From positions 7,628,001-7,692,000 of the forward strand of contig NC_087245.1 of assembly GCF_037042905.1 (NCBI RefSeq): DNA of 64,000 bases, read 5' to 3'. This DNA comes from Lytechinus pictus (Eukaryota). The notes beneath the pieces were generated by a model. That model saw nothing but the letters and a program-made list of their open reading frames with translations. It was not told where the DNA came from and did not search any database. The translations under genes were made by a program, and so were the position numbers. Below, in pieces: positions 35,301-64,000 of this stretch (positions are counted from its first letter, which is position 1; each line of letters starts with the position of its first letter).

Positions 35301-37243
35301 TTTAAAGGTGAAGTCCACCCCAAAAAAAAAATTGATTTGAATAAATAGAGAAAATTTCAAACAATCATAAATAACACTGAAGACTTCATAAAAATCAGAT
35401 GTAAACATAAAACTCAGCATTTTAAAGTTTTTCTTTTTTTAAGTTGTACAAATGCTAGACATGAGAATGCAATTGAGGCAGCCAATAAATTCTCACTCAT
35501 TTTCCTAAGATATTGTATTTTATTGTAGGAATATGAAATACATGTACTCTGTTTTTTATCCAATGATGTACAACTTTTTATCATGGAACATCACTTTTAT
35601 AATTTGTTGTGATTGGGGGTAATTTATCATATAATATTAATAACATACAGAGGAAACAGAGTGTTATATCATTAGCTCTCTCATATGCATACTGAACGGA
35701 TGTACATATAACTATTTGGAAATAAGCAAAAATGTCAAATTTCATTCTTATTTCACATTAGATTCTAATGAAATTTTCATAGATTTTTGTGCCCGTTTGC
35801 TTTCTTTATATATTTATTCAACTTAATTTTTTGTGTGCGTAGACTTAGCATTGAAGGTAGTAAGTCTTCGTTTTGAAAGAAGAAATTTTTGTTTGTCCTT
35901 GTGGTTTGATTCTCAACATATTTTTATTTCATTTCCTCCACCCACTCTCCCTTGCCCACCCCCACTCTATCTCTCTCTATCTTTCTGCTATCTTTTTTTT
36001 AAACTTCCCTTAAATTATGTTTTTCTATTCTTAGACTTAAAAATAAAAAATGTAAAGAAAATTCATGTAGTTTGTACTCTAAAATATTTTATTTTCACGG
36101 CACATCAAGATATTTGACATATATGTAACACTAGCAATCTTGTCAATATCAATATATATGTTTCAAATACATTTTCAAATATGATATAAAGCATTTTATT
36201 TTCATTCTATCTTTGCACTCTAAAATTTTTTTTCCTTTACAGCATACAAAGTACAAATGTAAATCGTTATTACAAAAAATATTGAAATTTGTATACAAGA
36301 TAATTATATAATGATTTCAATCAAGTTTTCCCCAGCACTCTCTGGCCATGCTCATGTGGATTTCATTCATTTCTACTATTCATTTCCCTTGATCAATTCT
36401 TTTCATTCTGCCATACTCCTCTTACATATTTTACTCTTCTTTTTACACCTCTGTGTATCCTCATTTTGTTTTTCTTCTTGTTTTCCCCTTCCTCCTTATT
36501 GAATTCTTTTCATTTGTTATTCCCCCTTTCTCCTCCTTCCCCTCCTCTCCTCTTCCTCCCATTTCCTTCTTGTTCTCCTTAATTTGTTTCCTTGGTTGTT
36601 CCAGAATTTTACAGCATACACAGGGAGAAGGGACCATTGTCTCACACTCATCATCAATTATGTACACAAAATATTTATTGAATACGTTAACGTTGGTGTA
36701 GTATCACAGCAAATGATCATACCCTATAATTTGGTGGTATGACATACTTATGCAAGAGTTTTTTTTTTTATCAACATTGTGGGGGGGGGGATTGTCGGCC
36801 CACGGACCTCTAGCATAAACATTTTGATCAAACGCGAGTGAAAAACAAATTCACACACATGTCCCAACACAGTCAAAATAACCTTGAATAATTTGCACGT
36901 TTAATGGGTTATAAGTTGTGAATAATTTTTCAGTTGTGTTTGGTTCCTATATTAAATTATTTAAGAGAGCTGCTAGCTTAGCCACAATCCATTGAATGGG
37001 AAACAAGATTGTGGAGTTAGAAATTCTTTGCTAAACTTTTAAATACTAGTAGCAAATTCCATGATTGTTTTAGGAAGTGAGAATATGCTCCAGAAATAAT
37101 TAAGCAATTCTTTAAGTGTCTAGGTAGTGACGCCTCTAAAAAGTACATGGAAGGCACATGCTCAATCGTTTCATCGGGGGGGGGGGATTATAATAAATTT
37201 CTGCTTTTTATTAAGAATTCTAAGAATTCATTAATTATTTTAA

Positions 37244-58317
<21,074 letters not shown>

Positions 58318-59376
58318 GACTCGAAGATTCTTTAGTAATCTTCTGGTGAATTTCAGCAGGCAAATCTAGCTGTAATTGCTCCCGCTCTTGTATCAACCTA
58401 GTTCCTTGCCGTCCAGTGGTTGATATCAGCAACACTCCTATGAAAGACTTATTGATATCGACTCAAGTGATGGCATCATTGTTGCGTAGCATGCAATGGG
58501 AGTCTAACACTTTCCTTGGTGGTACTCAAAATCGATTTGGTTTTAAAAGAGGGACAGGTCCTTACAAAAGAATAGTAGACGTTGATCGATACAGGCGTCA
58601 GAGCAAATACATCTTTGCTTGGCAACAAAGAACATATCGAATCCTAAATGCATAGTTCTTTGATTCGGCAATATCCTCATCAGCATTATCACCTTCAAAT
58701 TGATAAGTTAAATAATTTCCTGATATTCATGATTTACATTTTGTTCGGCCATTTTGATAAATGAACTCAAAAATATTATTTTCTGACTTCAAACTTCACA
58801 GGAATGGTGTATGCCTTGGTAGATTATTGATTATGTAAAACTATTGATTCTTGTCAATGGTTTTGTCAATAAACGTATCATGCAGACCCATCACATGATG
58901 ATGAGCCCTTCAACGTATATGGTCGCATTTCTTTCATGATTACTTTATAATCGAGAGAGATATGGAACCGCCACAAAAAAAAATCGAATTCAAATGAATG
59001 TCAATCGACAACGCAATATGAATATAGCAATCAAATTCGATTCAATACCTATAAGTTTATTCATTTTTCTGTTACCTACATGACATATTAATATCCACGT
59101 CCAAAAAAAAGAATGCTGTATTTCATCAATGTCTTGATGAAAGAGGCCTGGGTGCACTTGATTTCAGGGGTGTGCGGTCTCGAATCTTAATACATAGGGA
59201 CCATAACCCTAAGCGATGAAAAATTCTTCCAAATCTGATAACAAATAACGAAGTTATTGAATTTTAAAGTTTAGACATAAATAATTTCGTGAAAATGGTT
59301 ATGCACACCGCCAATATGCAATATGGTGGGCTTATGATGTCATCCCATTTCTTTTTTTATAAGTTATAACATGAAA

Positions 59377-60584
59377 CAGTGGCGTACCGTGAGTCACGGC
59401 ATTGGGGGCACCAGCAGAAGTTTTGAGTCACTTAATGAGCGCGCGAAGCGCGCTCAGTTACCAGGTATACTGACCGAATAGAGATATTTTAAGGACAGTG
59501 CCATTAAACGGATTGATCAAATAATGCGAGCGCGAACTGAACATTTTTGATATTCAGACCTAGAAAGGGACGTTATAAGCAAATTTTTGTAATCATGTTA
59601 CTTACCGGTCTCGCTATACAAACAATACCAGCTCGAAGCGCAAGCTGAAATTTTTGTATATATTGACCCCAAACAGTGACATTTTAAGAACTACATTTTA
59701 GGAATCCATTAAGAGTATACATCTCTCACCATAGCCATCTAATGCGAGTGCCAAGCGCTTGCTGATTTGGTTAATTAGAATTACATCTAAATATACATGA
59801 AGCACTTTTTGTAGTCATTGTAATCATGATTATCATACGCATCTCACTAATCAAATATTGCGAGCGCGAGCTGAAAATATAGGAAATTCAGACCTGAAGA
59901 GGGGCATTCTACAGCTTGTTTGTAGGAATTCACTAAGACCATACTTATTTCACTAACCAAATGATGCGAGTGCGAAGCGCGAGCTGAAAATTTTGATATT
60001 CAGATCAGAAAAAGAGACATTTTTAGGACTGATTTTAGGAATTCATAAAGAGCAGACATATCTCACCAATCCTTTAATGCGAACGTAAGCACAGACAGGA
60101 AATATTTTATATCAAGACCTTAAAATGGGGCGATCACTTTAAGTAGTCATGAAAAAGAAGCATATGTCACTACATAAAACAATAATACCTCGAAGTGCGA
60201 GAAAATATATTTGGTGTATATTGACTTGATTTGACAACGTCACGTTTCACAAATATACTTGAAAACTATAGAATTCCGAAAAAATATTTGATCTAATTAT
60301 ATCTAGTTAAACAGACAATGCGAGCACCAGGAACAATGAAGACATCGGCCCTGAGCAAATCATGTTTCATAAAGTTATGAAAAAATGTTTTTTTTAATGT
60401 AATATATAGTAAGATAACATAATTATAATATAATATAACATTATAATGAACAATAATTTCTTCTTTCTCAATACGTTTCTTTTCCTTTCTCCCTCTTTTT
60501 CTCCTTTTCCCCGTTTTTTTGCCAGCCGATGGGAGGGGGGGGGCACGTGCCCCCCATGCCCCCCCCCCCGTAGTTACGCCACTG
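59377..60584 (+). mobile_element. Non-autonomous hAT-type transposon
   Basis: TIR CAGTGGCGTA...TACGCCACTG with 8-bp TSD ACATGAAA; inserted into an older MITE. Confidence 0.9.
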
Positions 60585-61924
60585 ACATGAAATCATAATC
60601 ATTTCATGTTTTCAAAAATGTGCATATGATGAAATAATGTCTCACTTCAGGCGTGTATCAAGGATTTTGCACCCCGGGGGCCCAAACCTAATTTTGACGC
60701 CCCTGTGTACTTTTCGAAAAATGTTGGGGTTTCAGTTTAGTTTAACTTCTCATCAGAGTAGGCCTTACTATAATTATGTAAGCGGGAGCTGTAATTTACC
60801 AGGGGCGGATCTAGCTTTTTCCAATAGGGGGATATTTTCATCAATATTTTCCTGATCGGGAGTTAAATGCTGATTTTTTATGTTTTTTTTTTTGAGGATG
60901 TCATTAAAGACTAACGGGGTTTATTAACGTATAAGCTTCATTCGGGGGTATTTTAGTTACTTTAACCTGAATATGAACGTTCTGAGCAGTTTTTGTAAGC
61001 ATAAGCAGGATGGGTATCTATCTAAACAAAGCGAGCGCGAAGCACGAGCTGAATTTTTTTTATATTCTTACCAAAACTGGACATTCTAAGCACTTTTTGT
61101 ACATGAACAGGATGTCCTTCTAACTAATCATTCGATGCAAACGCAAAGTGCGAGCTGATATTTTTTTACATTCCGACCCATATCTGGACTGAAGAGCGAG
61201 CCAATTTTGATATTCTGACCTAAAATTTGGACATCCTAAGCACTTTTGGTAGTTAATGCGAGCATCAAACCCATGTAAAACGTTAGTTTGGTGCCCCCGC
61301 CATTATTATTTGAAATATGAATTTGGCGCCCCCCTCCCCGCGGTCTATAGCGTCCCTTGTGCCAAGTTGGTGCTCCGGCCAAACATCAAATTGGCGCCCA
61401 TAAGCCCCCCCCCCCTCCCGGGTCGGATCCAGAATTTTTCAAAGGGGGGGGGGCACATTTTCCCGAGCAAAAAAAAAGAAAGGTTTTCAACCCCAAAATT
61501 AAGGACATTTCGTCCACGGAAAAATTTGACAAGCAAAAAACAAAAACAAAAAAGTCTTCACTTTCAAGAGGGGCACGCTTCTGTTTTAACGGCATTTTTA
61601 CATTACAAATTTTAATTGTGCCTCTCAAGGGGGGGGGGGCACGAATCGGCTGTGCATCCTGGATCCACCAGTGCCCCCCCCCCCCCCTTTCCCCGGAAAC
61701 AATACAGAAAACGGGGAACACCCTATATAGGTCGATGACTGTAGCTGTGCATATAGGCCTCTATCGGCCCTTTTTTAATGCCTATATTTGTACTGGTAAT
61801 AAATGAAAACTCGAAAACAATACTTATAAAAGTCTATGGATTATAAAATGTGTACGATAGGAAATATTGCATATTGCAATACACAAGAAGTGCTGTTTTT
61901 TTCTAAATCTAGAAAATAGATCTG

Positions 61925-62100
61925 CATAAAAGGTGGGCGTGTTTCCGAGTCATTACGATTTAATCCGGAAGCTTCCGAGAACGCCCAGTACAGGATTTGT
62001 GTGTAATCAGAGTACGAATGGTTTCGGGTCACCTCGCCCTGCATAAAATTGACATACTTCACATCGCCATCCATTGTTGCATTCCAACTAGGCTCTGAAC
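61925..62100 (+). promoter_or_regulatory. Probable TATA-less promoter of clathrin light chain
   Basis: gggcgtgt GC-box-like motif, ccggaagc/cttccg ETS-like motifs and cgccat YY1-like motif 250-400 bp upstream of the ATG. Confidence 0.4.
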
Positions 62101-62343
62101 CGACCCACTGTCCCTCACTTTAAATTGACAATTTAAATATATAATATAATTTGGGAAAGATTTTTCGAACCTATAACATGTGAAGGGATTTTTTTGCAGA
62201 CACTGATATCTTCTTTAAAATCTTCCCTGATATTGATGAAATTCTGCGATTTGGGGAGCGAAAGTTCTAAACTGCATATTTTGAATTGGACGTGTGTACC
62301 GAAACTACAGACTACAGATTTTGGAGCTCCACATAAAACAATC

Positions 62344-62530
62344 ATGGCTGCTGACATGGCTGAGTTTGACGAATTGCAAGCTCCTGCTACCGAAAACCCT
62401 CCCCCTGCCACAGAGGAAGATCCAGCAGCAGCATTTCTGGCTAGAGAACAGGATCAGCTTGCAGGAATTGAAGATGATGACTTTGGAATTGGTTCAGAAC
62501 CCGCACAAACCGAAGCCGTCCCCGTTACCG
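62344..62530 (+). CDS. CLTA: Clathrin light chain, first coding exon
   Basis: MAADMAEFD...EEDPAAAFLAREQDQLAGIEDD contains the conserved clathrin light chain consensus segment; donor G|gtaatg; invertebrate CLTA/CLTB-type orthologue. Confidence 0.9.
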
Positions 62531-64000
62531 GTAATGTATCATTACTACATTAGACAAGTCATTACGGTACTGCCAGTATAATCTAGTATTAGGGTGTCTG
62601 GAGAAAAAAATTATTTTTCTTATTTCAAGAAAATATCACATTTTCTTTGTGAATTTGAAGAGAAATGACCTTCAGACTGACAGAAATGTAACATTTTTGA
62701 AAAAAATCCAATTATTGGCTGCAAAAAAGAAGAATGAAATTAGGTAAATTTTCAGCATTTCTCTGCCATAGGCATAGATGATAGACTGTGTAGGCCTAGT
62801 TAAGAAATGGACACACACAAATCCAAATTTTTAGCTTCTGAGAGCTGTTATAAATTTATTATTAATGCCAAAAACTTGTCCATAAAGAGTCGAATAGGAT
62901 TTTTTATGCTCTATCTGATGGTATGATTTTTATAAAGATTTGGAAACAAGATCACAATGAAAAATTGCGACAAAGTGAAAAAAATTGTGCAAAACAGAAA
63001 TTTCATTTTCCCATAGAAGACGCATGGAGAAATGGCAATTTCAACACACACAAAAATAAGGGTTTGCAATTTATCTCTAAATCCTTATTTAAAATGATCA
63101 TATAAACTTGTCCTTACTGTCAAAAGAAGCCCCTGAATTTTCTCTTTCCATACATGCCAAACACAAGTTAATAATTAATTCAGATCACATTTTTCTAGTA
63201 GCCTGAACTTCCCCTAAAAAATGTGCCATATTTTCCCCTAAATTAGCCTGTTTTATGCTGACACTTTTCAGTGTGGCTTCAGACACCCTACTAGTATAGG
63301 CCTATACCGTACGGTACTCCTCGTAGACAGTATAAATAGTATACAAATAATGCATGCAGCCGAGTGCGTTAGTGGAAATGCAGAGCACGCGAGGTTTCTT
63401 TAGATAGGTGCCGCACTGTGTAGCCAGGCGGCTTCTTGAGAGTAAAAATCAAATTATAGAGAGTGATTGTATTAGTTACCGACCGGCCTAAGTTGTAGTT
63501 GTATTACCGAACATGCGCATCGTAGCTAGGGACGTACTCACGTAGCGTCAGAAAATGCTCAAAACTTTGCAGCATTCTTCCAAGGGGAACTTGAATAGAA
63601 AGATGATGAAAAATGGTCAAAAACACATTTTCAAAGTATTAATATTCTAAAAATAATAAAATACGATAAAAATGGCTCATCAGTAATTTTGTTGTTTTCT
63701 CAACTTTTCCCATAGAAAACACACGTTCGGTAATACAATACTTTTTTCAAGTGACCAAAATATTTCACATGCGAAGAGGGGTCCGATTGGAAGCTAATTT
63801 CGTAAAAAGGAAAAACGATTTCTGCAAAATTTTTACATGTTTATATTTTCTAGGTAATTGTGTATTTATGGTGAAAGTTTGGTGAATTTTATGAGAATAA
63901 TGTGTTTGATATGATTGAATTCATGAAAAGTGTTCGGTAATACGATCCACTACCATACTAACGTAGGTTTACTCTAAATGAAGCCAGGGAGTCCTATTCA

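Noticed and set aside
32325..37243. Additional gene between CHRAC1 and the protease
   Set aside because: Only short ORFs without motifs; consistent with convergent 3' UTRs (AATAAA at ~32664 and ~35041) plus MITE relics
58318..62343. Shared bidirectional promoter between the protease and clathrin light chain
   Set aside because: The starts are ~4 kb apart and separated by several transposon insertions; no sequence support

Overview
Eukaryotic, repeat-rich animal DNA. The repeat landscape and gene set suggest a sea urchin or other echinoderm, which is an inference. Host genes: the last two coding exons of CHRAC1 (+, 28592-32324); a complete 9-exon secreted mosaic serine protease (signal-CUB-2xLDLa-Frizzled CRD-trypsin, -, 37244-58317, 606 aa as modelled, one probable GC-AG intron); and the first coding exon of clathrin light chain (+, 62344-62530). 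The dominant feature is a 12.2-kb full-length, apparently very young Ty3/Gypsy LTR retrotransposon (-, 9849-22043). It has 426-bp LTRs that look identical, an ACAG target-site duplication, a tRNA-Ser PBS and a PPT. Its unusual parts are a helix-hairpin-helix-like N-terminus on Gag, an H3K4me3-reader-type PHD finger at the integrase C-terminus, two tandem arrays in a 2.5-kb leader, and, downstream of pol, four codon-diverged copies of a ~20-codon segment of its own pol gene. The rest is nested non-autonomous DNA transposons (hAT-, Kolobok- and Tc1/mariner-like), SINE/LINE relics, a ~30-bp satellite with a ~1.58-kb duplication and a ~0.9-kb pure polypyrimidine tract.
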